Positions 1 through 13,281 of a stretch of 64,000 bases of DNA are shown piece by piece (within the stretch, counting starts at the first letter, position 1; the number at the start of each line of letters is the position of its first letter). The DNA is taken from contig OZ296656.1 in NCBI GenBank assembly GCA_965655095.1, forward strand, positions 33,976,001 through 34,040,000. The letters run 5' to 3'. The DNA is from Haplodiscus bocki (taxonomy: Eukaryota). Made by a program: the position numbers and the translations under genes. The notes under the pieces were generated by a model. That model saw nothing but the letters and a program-made list of their open reading frames with translations. It made no database searches and was not told the DNA's origin.

Positions 1-169
1 AGAGAAGGGCTATTAAGACTTGGCTGAGTGTGCCGTTTGTATTTGCATGTTTTAATGTATTGGAATAAACATACGGCAATCACTTTTTACCGAGAGGCAG
101 AAAAAAAGACACGAATTGGTCTTTGAAAAAATCACTATCAGAGTCGGCTTTTTCTATGAAAGCACCGAT

Positions 170-480
170 TAACACAAAAGCGAAGCGGAACTTCGCAAGA
201 CATTCTGAGTTGTCAGTTGAAATCAAAGATGAAATTAACTGCTTAAAAGGTCCTGAGAGACACTTGAACCTTGATAGGATATATGATTGACACTTTGAGA
301 AATACTACACCATCTGTTTATCAAAAATTTGTTCCAAAATTTCAAAAGTAAACACTGAATGTCCTGACGTGAACAGAAAACGGATGTCTACTGTTACACC
401 ACGACGTTCACTTGCATACGAAATTGAACGTTTCTGCTAATTAAAGAGATCCATAATGTCATTTATGATCCTTCCTGCAT
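170..480 (+). repeat. Dispersed non-coding repeat, copy A
   Basis: gaacttcgcaagacattctgagttgtcagttgaaatca...gacactt...aatactacacca is shared with ~1350-1600 and ~11860-12250; boundaries approximate. Confidence 0.55.
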
Positions 481-627
481 TACCGATAGCTCAACAAATA
501 ATAATTGCACCAATTTTTAGCTGATGCATTCAAGCTTTTTCCACATAAAGAACGAAAAGTCACAGGTCACAATTTTCAATATGATTAAGTTCTTTTCAGT
601 TTCCAAGATATTTTTAAGTCGGTATTT

Positions 628-944
628 TCACACTTTATCCAGGTTGTACCTGGCAATCCATTGGAATCGGGGATGATATGACCCCAAGTAAAGGTAGCCC
701 TTGTGGTTCGCAGCTTCTGACACTTTCTGCGACCCATGACCTGTGGGGTCGCGGAGAACTCGGGTTAACTTGCCATGGTCATTGACATGTACGACGAGAC
801 CGTAACCTGGAACTAGGTTCAAAGGGTTCAACAGTTCCATCGCATGCAGCCATCTCAGAATAGTTCTCACGAAAGGTCGCTCAAATAGCAGATCGAAGAA
901 TCCTGACATCCGCGTGATTGGCAGCCCCACCCAGTAACCACCTT
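628..944 (-). CDS. APMAP: APMAP / strictosidine synthase-like protein, exon 3 of 3
   Basis: Acceptor actttcag|AA GGT GGT TAC TGG matches the exon 2 phase (DNIRKGEK-GGYWVG); LRDPTG...VSEA...GYLYLGSY; stop at 628-630. Confidence 0.9.
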
Positions 945-1349
945 CTGAAAGTGTACAGGCATGTAATAGTGAGAATGAATCACAATCCAATTGCTCAATT
1001 TTTTTCAGACGGTTTTCCTGTTTTCGATACTTTTTATTACATCGATATCAAACAATGCGACTCGTATCTGCCGAGGTTGAGAAACTCCGTAAAAATATTT
1101 GCTTCTTACCTTTTGTGTTCTGACCCACAAGTAAAAAAAAACAGGAATCATCGGTTCAATTTTTTTGTGCAACATCTCCCTTCCATATACCGAAACATTT
1201 CGAAAAGGCTGAATGAAACCAAACATCTTGAGTTCGTGGTTTTCTCGGTATAAAGAATGTAGTAAAGACTCCCCTACGAAAGTTTCGGCATTGCGAGACC
1301 CATGAAAAATTGACAATACCCAATTTTGGTCGGGAAAGCCAGCATTTTC

Positions 1350-1600
1350 CAACGTTTTTGCAACAAATTCTGACTTGTCAGTTGAGATCACGGCTCCCAA
1401 AAGACATTTGAAACCATGATCGGCGATGTGATTGACTTTTAGCAATACTACACTAGCTGTCAATAATTTTTTTCCGAAAAAGTCAAATTGAAACAGGTAC
1501 CTATCACAGGGTCTCATACTTGAAAATTGCAGGTGTCAATCATGTATTTTCAGCTTACGTCATTTTGCTCCCAAATGTTTAAGAAATTTGCACAGTAAAA
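1350..1600 (+). repeat. Dispersed non-coding repeat, copy B (APMAP intron)
   Basis: ttctgacttgtcagttgagatcacgg...aaaccatgatc...actacactagctgtc...ttttgctcccaaatgtttaagaa aligns with 11900-12240. Confidence 0.6.
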
Positions 1601-3151
1601 ACGCGAAAATGAACCACTACTTCTCGAAAGGACGCCATTTTTGGTTTTTGACCGTTTACACTGGATGACTAGACTCTCTGGAAACATCAAAAATGCAAGT
1701 TTTGGACAGGGCAAAAACTACACGTAAGTCGGTATCCAACACAAATTCTTCCTGTTAGTTTTGGTTATTCCCCAGAGCTTTTATCTTCAACACTTTTTTC
1801 ACAACTTTGAATTTTCAGAAGAAATTGCAAAAAGTAAAAGTATAATTTTAACATCCTATTTTAATACATTGATTTTCAAATTTAGTAGATTCAAGATGAA
1901 TTTTCGAATAGTTTTTGAAAACGTTTCTGCCGACAGATGATATCAGGTGTCGCAGAAACATCAGGGGCATCTATTGATGAAGGAAAATTCCAATTATTAA
2001 TTTTTTAAAGTTACGAAATTCTCAAAAGAATGCAAAATTTGGCCAAAAACCCATTTTCTAGTTTTTGCTCTATTCGTTGGAAATTTTTCAAACAAACACA
2101 AATATGTTCTCCTACAAATTCCAAGAATATTTTGTTTCTGGTACTTTTGTCCGAAATGATTATTCCCAAAGTTATTCGTGCTTAAAGTTGACTTATGCAT
2201 TAAAGTTGTCGCATTAATTAAATCACTACTGTATGCAGGGGGTATCGCAAACAAAATTTGGAAAATGCATATCATGGTAATTTGAAAAACTTAAGGATTG
2301 CAAAAATGTAGTTTGTGATAAAAAGAAAATTTTTGGATTATTTTGGTTTATGCGGGGGGGGGGGGGAATCGAGAGAAAGATTAGAAAATCATAAGAATTA
2401 TGTACTGAACTGAAAGGTGGTGTCACTGAAATTGGGCTGAAATGATCCGGAGGTGAAATGATGCCAAACCCAGAAATGGACATCACTGCCCGTGGTACTT
2501 GGTGGAACTAACTATGAAACGTATTCCTTAAATGCACCTTCAATTTATATTCTATTAATATTAGGTCATCTTACAACACCTTCAGCTTATGATTTCGAGG
2601 GGACAAATATACGTTTGGATGAACAAATCATTATACTGTTTTTGATGTGGCCAAGCTCGATCAATATCTAGTTCCAATATTTGGCATCAAAATGCAGTCA
2701 AGACGATTACATGCACTTGCTGTTACACAGAAAAATTAAGTTTTTAATTTTCGTGCTGAGTAATCATCAATAAGATACGTCTTAAAGCATGTTTTTAAAA
2801 GTTTGATTTTGAAAGCTGCATCAAAACTGGCGCGCCACTGCACCATGTGAGATAAACTCACCTTGTTTAATAATACGACCGACTTCTTCCACAAGTCAAA
2901 CCTTCAGCCGAAGAGACCTTCAGTTGGGGGTATTTTTCAAAAACTAGTAAATGAAATTCTACGGTATTTAGACAAAACAGCTCTTCTCAATAGCCTATTT
3001 TCAAAAAAGAATATCCCGAAAATCTTACACCCTTTCAAAAATGCTTTAATAAAAATCAGAATTTTAGAAGAACTCCAATAAAAAACGATTGTATCTGGGT
3101 TAGAGATTATTCAGCAAAATATGAGTCTCTATCTTTAATCAAGACACTAAC

Positions 3152-3626
3152 TTTCGCCTTTTCTGATATTATCAGGAAGACCAGGGATTCCGTCAGTGAA
3201 AACAGATAACCTTCCTGACTCTTTATCCACTTTGATAATCCTAGCCTTCAACGTTTCCGCAACTAGAATGTGACCAGGACTCCTGTTATCCATCTCAACC
3301 CCGTTTGGAAAACATAATGATGACGTCAGCACCGAAAACTCTAGACTCTTTCTGTCAAGTTTCAACAAACTTCCAGAACAGTCTGCTTCTAAGCCAATTT
3401 TGGGAAATTCCTGCCGGTTGTAACGGGAACTAGACGAGGTCAGATAAATTGAGGTCTCATCAACAGCTAGGGAGTTCAAAAACTTGTACGTTGATCGCGG
3501 TCCAGTTTCAAAAAGAACCTTTTCGGTATCGGTTTGTAAATCAAGCTCTACAAGTCCGTGATATGAATCAATTAGGAGAAGTTTTCGTTCATCCACAATT
3601 CGAAGTCCTAGAGGTCGCCCGCATTC
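3152..3626 (-). CDS. APMAP: APMAP / strictosidine synthase-like protein, exon 2 of 3
   Basis: Acceptor tttatttcag|GAA TGC gives ECGRPLGLR; IYLTSSS, LCFPNGV, LVAET and PGLPDNIR motifs; donor A|GTTAGT after 3152 (phase 1). Confidence 0.9.
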
Positions 3627-4337
3627 CTGAAATAAAAAAACCTCACATTAACTTGTCCAAACCTGTTAAAAAGATTCCAGAATTCATCGCCAAAATTATG
3701 GTTCTTGAAGAGTTACCTAAAAATTTTGGAAAGAAACGGTACAATCAACAGTTCAACCATTTGAGACAGTATCGGCGAGTTCATCTTCTATACCAACGCT
3801 TTGTTTGAGGAAGGCTGAATAGTGAAGTAGGACGGTACAACGCCTCACACCTCGACCCGCAAACTTCTTCAGTGACAACAATTTATAGATTTTGCAGTGG
3901 TTTCCAAATTCCCCAGACCTCACAACTATTGAAAATTTTTAGCACATCTTCAATCGTCACGTTGAGAAAGCTTTCCCCCAGAAACATCCGAATTACGCAA
4001 ACGAATCTCAACATGCTATAACTACAGAAATTGGGGGTCATTAGATGAGCTCAATTTCAGGGCGCCTTTTTCAGTATTATAAGATATAAGAAGCAAGGAA
4101 TTTTATTTTGAATATTTGCTATTTTGCGTTTTCTGTTTTATCATGTATGTAATTTTGACCTATCTATTTTGTTCAGTTATGGAGAAAGTTTGAATTTTGT
4201 CGGCTCAATTTTTTGTCGCGAACTATAGTTCCAACAGAAAATGGAATTCACATTTGTATTGCTCCATAGAAGCTAGCCCAATGCATTCTTTTCAAACAAC
4301 GTCGACCCAACAAAAAATTCAAAGACGGCCTCAAAAC

Positions 4338-4390
4338 AAAAACCGGGGTTATTTGAAAACAAGGGGTTATTTGAATACAAGGGGTTATTA
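4338..4390. repeat. Short tandem repeat, ~18-nt unit x3 (aaacaaggggttatttga)
   Basis: Three GGGGTTATT cores spaced 18 nt apart, seen directly. Confidence 0.8.
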
Positions 4391-6275
4391 CAAAAATGCT
4401 TCAATGCTCACAATATAAAAATGAATCACACTTTCCAGGAAATCTGGAATTCGGGGAATTAAAAAGTTAGCACACTAATTTTGGAGATTTCTATTCCCGC
4501 GTGGATTCAAATAGGGAACAATTTAAAGCAAATAGTGCCAAAACTTACACGCAATATTTCGAAGGAATATTTTCCTGAAATGAAAGTTTTTGGGCAGGAA
4601 ATTTCCAACTAGCCTATGGAACCTCATGTTGGAGAGCACCAAATATACCCCATATCCGGCCTGACTTCAGAATATAGTCCCCTGGTGGGCCTCGAATATC
4701 GAAGCATTTGATAACGAAGGGGACTTTATTGGGTAAATAACAATCGATCAGAGTCGACAAATGTTGTGTTTTATAGTATTTTCAAACTAATTATTCGTGA
4801 ATTCGGAAATGATCCACAAACATGAATCTTACTGAGCCATTTCAAGATATAGATGGCTTTTGATTCAAGGTGCTCAGAGCAAATTGATCGAGCCGTTATG
4901 GGGAAATTCCTTGCTCAAAATCAATCAAGCCTAAAGATTTTGTTTTCACTTAACAAGTTTTCGGGAAAAAGAAAAAGTATTTCAAAACTTTGAGTCACTA
5001 AGTCTTTTGTATCAACAGCAAGCTTCGGATAAAATCCTCGATGAACAATTTGACAGTGTCGTTATATAAAATTCTTCTACAATTGATAGATTTCTACCGA
5101 TTAAGTTTTCTGGCGTTTCTGAACATTTTTTCTTCGCAAATAAAATGAGCCACAAAAATTCCTCTAGATTGTCTCCCAATATGTTTAGCTTTGAATTTAA
5201 GTGGTTGATGGGAGCAATCGAAGGAACCGTTTTTGAGATAACTATTTTCGAAACCGATCAAAGTTTGCGAGGAACTTTTTACCGAGTAAGGAAAAGAAAC
5301 TTGAAAATACAATTCGCAAAGTGGTTTCTGAATATAGTTACCATTTGATCATACTCTAGATGAAATAATTATAAACGGTAGTTAGTGAAGAAAATTTTTC
5401 CAAATCGGAAACGCAAACTTCACTATACCTCAAATTTCGAAGTGTTCTTGCAAACTCCAAAACACTAAAACTACCTTTTTCTAGCAAAACATCTAATATT
5501 TTACACAAAATTTGGCTATTTTCGTACACTAACATTACAGGAGTTTGACATTTTTGTCACGCAAAATAGCCAAAATTTTCAATAATTATACGTCGGAAGT
5601 AAGTTAGTCTAATTCTGCGCGAAAAATAATGATTTCGTGGGGAAAATAGTGATAGGCAAAAACAGCAAAATTAGCGATTTTTGGTTAAATTCACACTAGC
5701 GGATACGTCAAATTTGTTAAAAACTGTTTTGCATGATTTGAGACAGACTTCTCACATTTTTGGAGTTCAAATTTGCTGATTAATCGGCTGCCCTCCAGCA
5801 ACTGTACGTGGAACTAACCCTTACCATATAGGAATTGAGATTGAAATCATTCGGAAGACCGCTACATAGTTGAGTGGTCTGAAAAAAAGGTCGACGTAAT
5901 CCCTATAATATCTTTCACCGTCCATTTAAAAAATGACCTGATAGGGCCGGAATCTCAAAAAATGTGCGCGCGGACAATTTCTCATGCCATCATTTGATCT
6001 AACATTTTAAAAACGATCCACTGTACATGCACAAAACTTAGTTTATTTTATTTGACTAAAAATGTCTGTTGAATAAGTCAACTGATCACAATTGAGGTTT
6101 TCTCTTTAACGGTGTTCTAATAATGGCTTCAAAATGTACCACAGAAAAATTTGGGTCCGGCGGGTTCTGCTTTTTCAAAACCGGTCCGGTATATGCCCGT
6201 ATAAAAGATTCCAGCCTGGTACACTTCTAATAACGTGCAACCATCTAAAAACACACAAATGACAAGCATGGTTAC

Positions 6276-6728
6276 CGTTTCGTTTGTGAAAGTCTCGCAT
6301 CTACTGTAAAGCGTTTCGGAAGAATTACTCTTCTCGTACAGCATGACAACTTTGCCGTCTGCAGTGCTGGTTATGATGGAGTCCTGGTAGAACTCGAAGC
6401 TTTCAGGTCCGGAGATGAGCCCGTCAAAAAGATGGTCCACAAACATCAACTCATAACCCTCTTCCGTATTACCCGTTTCAGTAGAATCCCCTTCAGGAGT
6501 GTTGACCTGTGACCTCTTATGAAGAGAAGACAAGTCCATTGGGGTCAAAGTGTAGGGGGCAGTGCACTGCCATAGACCATCAGTGAAGTATAGCACGGCG
6601 GAGATTAGGGCAACAAAAATCATATAAATCACAGTTCGTTTCAAAGCCTTGCAGAAGTGGCTGCAGAACCCACGACCCTCATTTGGGGACTTGATGCGCG
6701 CTGACACAATATGCTTTCTCGGAGGCAT
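6276..6728 (-). CDS. APMAP: APMAP / strictosidine synthase-like protein, exon 1 of 3 (N-terminal TM anchor)
   Basis: ATG at 6728; hydrophobic anchor VIYMIFVALISAVLYF; LFDGLISGPESF and TADGKVV motifs; donor ACG|GTAACC after 6276 (phase 0). The three exons total 1245 nt = 414 aa + stop. Confidence 0.88.
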
Positions 6729-6930
6729 TTCACAAAATTACATTATCAATCCTACAAAACGTATATAAAATCAGAGCATTGATAACGTTTCGTCTGTGTT
6801 ATAAAATCCTATACAATTGATATTTTATGTAGGTTGCAATTCAATGTTTTAAAAATTACAAAAAAGTGATAACTCTATATATTAACTCGACACAAACGAA
6901 AGAATCACAGGACAATTTTCGTAACTTTTG

Positions 6931-8049
6931 TCATCGGCATCTCGAAAGAGTACAAAAACTACAATTAGTTCGTACGTACGAAAGGATCAATCGGAACATA
7001 TAAACTTCAGAGTACATCTGTTGAAGATTCTGCCATGAAAAACGTTCCAGATCAACTTTGAAACACCGTTTTCTGAAACTTTCAACATTTTCAGAAGCCT
7101 TGCGGAGGAACTTCACAGCTTGCTGGGTTGTGGAATACAGGCAGTCCCTTCGTCAGATACTCCGGATAAACAAGACGCCGAGGAGACAACGGGTAGCATC
7201 CGTATTTTGCGATTCCTTGGAACTCATGATTGGCAGTTGATAACACAATGTCACTTTCTGCCAACCTGTGGAGTTAGTCCGATTTCCTCTCCAAAAAGCC
7301 AAATTCAGATATTATACCACTTTCGTGGAACTTTACTGATTTCATCGAACTCCTTCGGAATTGTGGAAATTTTCTCGCCCAAAATTGCGACGCTTAAGTT
7401 GCACTTCAAGTTTTCCAGAGTCTCCAAGATTTCCTTCAACAGCTGTGGATTTTTGTCGTGCTCCCATCTATGAGGCCAAACTATTTTTAGAACTCCAGAT
7501 TTTGAACTATCGGGAAAACTTGGCAGAGCGGAGAAGTCGACATGAACCGGCATAACGTCACATTTTCCTTCAATTTTGTTTATTGGTTTCAGATTAGTTT
7601 CCGGGACTTTTTTCAGTCTTTGTCGCAGTTTTCCAGAAACGATTCCCTGTTGAAGTTTGAGTTAACAAAACCTGATCAGCCGCTAAAGCACTGAAAATGT
7701 CGTTCTCGATATGTTGGAAATCTCGACCCAGGTTTTTGGTGACTGGATAAAGCATCTGATTTTCATGGAAGTACACAATTTTGTGACAGCCAACAAGATC
7801 CGGTCTCAAACCAACAAGTTCCGCTAAATTCACGACTGACGTGACAAATAGCCATGTATAAGCATGGTTCTCAGGGATAACTTGGGAGAAATACAAACTG
7901 CTGCACCTCGAACGCCAGTGCCACTTTGTCGCCGGAAGTGTGATCAAGTCGTACATTTTTCCAGGAACACCAAACAATATAAGATCTATCATATGTTTAT
8001 GAGAAACCCCATAAAATGATTCTAACACTAGAAGATACTTTTGTACCAT
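6931..8049 (-). pseudogene. GTDC1: GTDC1 (QTMAN, tRNA-queuosine mannosyltransferase) homolog, intronless and disabled
   Basis: Family motifs in order: ESFYGVSHK, LPATKWHWRSR, YFHENQ, IVWPHRWEHDKNP, STANHEF, GCYPL, LVYPE, FSW. The frame is broken by frameshifts near 7663, 7620, 7332 and 7147, an in-frame TAA at 7274-7276, and loss of the MLEAV-type segment near 7207. Confidence 0.85.
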
Positions 8050-9569
8050 TTTCAGCGAATCGGAAATTAACATTGATTCATTAGCCTAGTCCAAGTAATG
8101 TTAAAAATTCAGGCAGCATACAAACATTGGAGGGTTTCAATTTTGGAATCAATTCAGTTTGCTATTAGTTCTCTACCAATGTCGACATGGATGTCTCGTT
8201 TTAGGACACGCGAACTGTATTATTTGGTCAGACCAGTAACATATTTGCTTCTCCGATTCAATGACGTATTTTGTTTACTTATAATATTGACTTTACTTAA
8301 GTGAACTGCTGAACAAAAATTGTCGTTTTTGAAGCTCAGAATTTCAAACCAAGTTTCTTAGCTTTTCGAGAAGATTACAAAGGTTTTTATTTGATGAAAA
8401 TGTGCCAATAGTCAAAAAGTTTGAGACCTCCATTCTGGGACATTTTTCATCATTTTCAGTAGTAAAAACATAACATTCTTTTCAATTCTCAAACTAACCA
8501 TTTTGGAGAATTCACAATTTTTAGGTGCCGAAAATACGATTTACAGGTATTAAAATGTAGAGTAGGGATTTCACTTCACTTTATAATCCTGAATTTTCAG
8601 TATTGAAAAATTGTAAAAAATGATGTCTTCGGCGAGATTCAAAGCTAAATAATTGTAGCTGATAATTTTTCTGTATCTTTCGAAGATGAGATTTTTGAGA
8701 ACAGTTTCAAATTTGGCCAAAATCAAGGTAGTCATAGCTTTTCAACTAGCGGTCCGATTTTAAAAAACTAATAAAATCTTATGAAAAATCCAAGAACCTT
8801 TTGCTTTTACTGTTTTCTCGCAAAACTGTCGTGCTTGAAGTAGTTGGCCTCCAAACTCGCTTAATTAATAGTGAGGAGCTCATTCCATTAAAACAGTACT
8901 GCATTTCATGGAGATTCCAAATTCAAAGTCAGATATATTTTTGAAACTTGAGCACTGAAATTAAATAATATTTCAAATGTTCGTATTCATTTTCGCAATG
9001 TAAAACAAACCTGCAACGCTCAACGTCGACAGTGCCCGTACGGCTTAATATACTCAAAGGACGAAGCCTTGATGATACATTGAATTACTCTTTTTGTCAA
9101 TGAAAATCAATATATTGAAGGAAGTGACTGCTAACCGAGGGATAAATGGGAGCATCACGAAAGATTTTCTTTGTATTTTCGGGGGAAAATTAGAAAATGC
9201 AAAGTGGAGCCTAAAAGGATGCATGCTACGTTGGGAAAATTGGCGACTATTTGAGTGGCAGACAATCGAGGGCTTTTGCATTTAGGTTCTACAAGCACAT
9301 TAACACTCTCATTATATTGAAATCTCTGCAGCAATTTTTCTGCTCCACTATTCAGAACCTTGTGCAAAATGACAAAAGAACGTTCTCATGGATACTTCAA
9401 TTTGTGTAGTAATTAAAAATGTTAACTAAATGTTTATCATATTAGATAACTGCAGGTTAGTCTCTGAAAATTAACAACTCCCAGAACAGAAGAGAGATTT
9501 CGTGAGTAAAAACTCTACATAGTGTCATCTATCTGTAGTTGACTTTAGTTTCATGAGGTCAACTTCTTC

Positions 9570-10271
9570 TCAGCCTAAAGCCATTCTGTTAAGCGCAGAT
9601 CCTGCTTTAAACCATTCAATTTGTGTGTCGTTCATTGTGTGATTCAAAGCAATGATGTCTTCGGATCCATCAGAGTGTTTAACCAAGGCTTTCACTTGCA
9701 TTCCAGGTGCAATGTTTTCAACCTCTAGCAATGAGATTTTGTCGTCTGGAGTAATTTTGTCGTAATCCTCAGCCTGATCAAAAGTCAGCGGCAACAACCC
9801 TTGTTTCTTCAAATTGGTTTCGTGGATTCGTGCAAAACTTTTTACGATGATAGCTCGTCCACCCAAATGTCTAGGTTCCAAGGCTGCGTGCTCTCGGCTA
9901 GAACCTTCACCGTAATTTTCATCACCCACCACTACCCAGTTTACACCGTTAGCTTTGTAATATCTGGCTGTGTCCGGCACGGGAGCGTACTCTCCAGTCA
10001 ACAAGTTTCTCACTTTGTTCATTTCGTCGTTTTCTGCGTTCACGGCAGTGATCATGAAGTTGTTTGAGATGTTGTCAAGATGGCCTCTGTATTTGAGCCA
10101 GGGTCCAGCCGCGCTGATGTGATCTGTTGTGCATTTGCCTTTCACTTTCAATAGAACTGTCATTCCTTCGTACGATTTAGGGCTGAATTTGTCAAAAGAT
10201 GATAGAAGCTGAAGCCGTTGTGACTCGGGACTGACCTCGACTTTTAGACTTGCTCCATCTCCGGGAGGTGC
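9570..10271 (-). CDS. ACO2: Mitochondrial aconitate hydratase, exon 4 of 4
   Basis: Acceptor tttcag|GCA CCT; [44 protein letters not shown]; TGA at 9570-9572. Confidence 0.95.
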   Translation of the reverse strand, partial: APPGDGASLKVEVSPESQRLQLLSSFDKFSPKSYEGMTVLLKVKGKCTTDHISAAGPWLKYRGHLDNISNNFMITAVNAENDEMNKVRNLLTGEYAPVPDTARYYKANGVNWVVVGDENYGEGSSREHAALEPRHLGGRAIIVKSFARIHETNLKKQGLLPLTFDQAEDYDKITPDDKISLLEVENIAPGMQVKALVKHSDGSEDIIALNHTMNDTQIEWFKAGSALNRMALG

Positions 10272-11859
10272 CTGAAACATTTTGAGACAGCTTTTGAATT
10301 TTTGCCTTGCAAATATTGAGACGATGAGAACGGTAACAAGGTTTTGTTACCTAGTGGTCTGTTTTGAAAAGTCAGAAATTCGGCAGATATCTCAGAAAAA
10401 CTCTCGCGGTAAACTTGAAAAAATCTTCAGATATCATGAAAATAGACCACAATAGCCAAAAAGTTGAGATACCATAGAAAAACTCAAAACGGAAGCATCA
10501 AGAATGTTAGGCAACAAGCGCTAGCGTTAGAACGATACGAAAACGTGGAATTGAGCAAATTTATCAAAAATTCCACTCACAGCGAAAAAATACACACTAT
10601 CCAGCCAAAAAATTCGCTTTTCATGGTCTGTTTCAATTTTTTGCTGCTTTGAATTGTTTGCAGTAATTTTCGGAGGTTTAGTGAATCAACAATTTTTTGA
10701 CGCGATGAAGAGTCACCATTTTGAAAAAGCAGAAGATGCGAATTAAATTGACAGATGAATATTTGAAACAAGTTCTTGAAAAGTAAGAGTAAATAGTGAC
10801 GTTCGCTCTAGCGTGCGGAAGCGACAAAAATTAATACAAAAGAAGAAAAGTAAAATATAAGTAGAATCATCCCGTTCACTTTAACGCTTAGCCTCGCTCA
10901 GTCAGTCAATCACGCCAGCGTTTGGGAAGAAATTTAAAAAATCTGTAGACATTAAGACAAGTTTCATGCCGGCAAAATGTTGACTAGTTGAAAACGGGGA
11001 TAAATATTTCGAGGTAGTTCTAAAAATATTTACCATATAAGATTCCTACATTAGTTATCTTGTCGGCTTTTGAAAAATAATCACATCGATTTTGAAAAAA
11101 AAATTTGAAAAAAAGAGGTTTTGTATGACGGAACATATTCGGATGCAAAGGTGATACAAACCGATATGTAATAAAATCTATCTGTGCCAGTTTGATAACG
11201 GGGTCGGGATTTGTGGAGATCCCGCATAATCCTTGCCCTCAAGTCCGGGCAAAATTCACCTCCGGCCGTTTTTAACCAGGCGAAAACATATACCTCTCAG
11301 CCTAGCAGTCATTTTTTTCGAAATGAGTGAGGTAAGGCTGAATTAATGGCAAGTCATTTATGCAATGATTCAGTTCTAAGCTCATCAAATCAATTCCCGC
11401 TTTTTAGCAGCAAATTCGACAGGTTTGACTTTCGGCTAAAAATGAAAATTCAAATCCACTTTTCTCGGAAAACTGCAAAAAAGGTTCCACGTGAACACAA
11501 GTTGTATATTGGCCCCAGGATGTCCTAGAATGATTGTCGATGTTTCTTATACGTTGAGTTTTTAGTCTACTTTTTGACCAATAGTTACGAAGCAACAATG
11601 AGCGATGTGGATTGGATGCAATTCCTACCCGCTACATCATAGAAAATGTAACCCCCTCTCAGTGGAGCACCTTAACAATTGTTCCAGTGACCGCTCAGTT
11701 GAGAAATTTCTTAACATGGCTTGTTCTAGCCGCACGGGTATTAATCAAACAATAGGGCCTACAACAAGCATACGGTAATATATACATATTCCTCTTAACA
11801 AAAAGAATCGGAATTAAAATTTCATGAAACTCTCTAGTTGGTGCTGCTGGATATGAGAA

Positions 11860-12250
11860 ACGTCAAACACCGAGGCAAAGCCGAACTTCGCACGACATTG
11901 ACTGGTCAGTTGAGATCACGGATTTGAAAAACGTTCAAAACCATGATCAGAGATGGGCTTGACACTTCTAAACACTACACCAGCTGTCGATCAAGAGTTT
12001 GTTCGAAGAAGTCAAACTGAAACAAGTAACTGCCACAGGGTCCCATACTCGAAAAGTCAATCATGTCTTTTAGGCTACACCATTTGCTTCCCAATGTTCA
12101 GGAAATTTGACCGTAAACAACGCGAAAATGAATAATACCTGCGAAAATGAATAATACATAAACTTACATTCAAAAAATGGATATGTTAATCATGTCTTTT
12201 CATGTTGCACTCTTTTGCTGCCCAATGTTTAAGAAGTACCTGCCGAAAGG
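11860..12250 (+). repeat. Dispersed non-coding repeat, copy C (ACO2 intron 3)
   Basis: gaacttcgcacgacattgactggtcagttgagatcacgg...aaaccatgatc...actacaccagctgtc; same family as copies A and B. Confidence 0.6.
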
Positions 12251-12337
12251 AGACCGTTCACACTAGACGACTAGTCTCTCTGATAAAGTCAAAATTGCCA
12301 ATTTTGGCCAGGATAGAAACTGCAAAAAACAACTCAC

Positions 12338-12973
12338 TTGATAAGTATCGACACCAGGGTCAAACCCCTTCGTTGGTAGTTGATCGCCAGCAGGGGGATC
12401 TAACACGAACTTGGTCCCGTCAGCAGCAGTGAGCTCATCCGCCATGGGGTTGAAATCGAGAGTACCTCCGAGCGACAGTGCAGTTACAATTTCCGGTGAA
12501 GCCACAAAACAATGAGTGGCCGGGTTGGCGTCATTACGTCCTATGAAGTTTCGATTATATGACGTCACAATTGTGTTTTTCTCACCCTTCTTCATTCCGT
12601 CAGTTCCGCTTCGATCCCATTGGCCAATGCAAGGCCCACAGGCATTAGCAAGAACCACGCCCCCAATTTCAGCCAAAGCGTTGGCCTGTCCATCCCTTTC
12701 AATTGTTGCCCTGATTTGCTCAGATCCAGGTGTAACCGTGAAATGTGTTTTGCATTTCACACCTTTGGATAGAGCCTGATTGGCAATACTAGCAGACCTG
12801 GACATGTCTTCGTAACTTGAGTTGGTACAACTACCTATCAATGAGACACTGATATTGTTTGGCCAGCCCTTCTCTTTAGCGACTGCTCCGAGCTTCGAAA
12901 TTGGGGTTGCCAGATCAGGGGTAAATGGACCGTTGATAAGGGGCTCTAGTTCCCTCAGGTTGATTTCAATAAT
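12338..12973 (-). CDS. ACO2: Mitochondrial aconitate hydratase, exon 3 of 4
   Basis: Acceptor ctacag|ATT ATT GAA; Fe-S ligand motifs IGSCTNSS and [11 protein letters not shown]; TSYNRNF; donor CAA|GTGAGT. Confidence 0.95.
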
Positions 12974-13281
12974 CTGTAGCAATTGATGAAAGGTTTCCGA
13001 TTTTTCGAAATACTTTCGTTTTGAAAGATGTTTCAGAGCCACAATCCGGAATGAGTTTTTCGGAACAATTTTGCAAAAAAAACGGATTCTATGGAAATAG
13101 AAATAAAAAAACTAAAAAGCTGCACAATACTACATGAAAAATGCAAAAGTGTATCGTATATTTAGTCACATATTTTACTACTTCAACTCATTTTTGTATT
13201 GCCAAAAGGTCCGGATTTTTCTTTTGCTGAATATGCAATTTTGCAAATCTCAAGAACTTTCGATTTACAAATGATACTTGC

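Noticed and set aside
1005-1517. 170-aa ORF in APMAP intron 2
   Set aside because: No recognisable motif, overlaps a dispersed repeat, and APMAP exons 2 and 3 already join in frame.
2354-2366. G13 homopolymer
   Set aside because: Isolated intronic run with no supporting context.
8060-8090. SL-like relic upstream of the GTDC1 pseudogene (minus strand aggctaatg...)
   Set aside because: Only ~8 nt resemble the leader; not distinguishable from chance.
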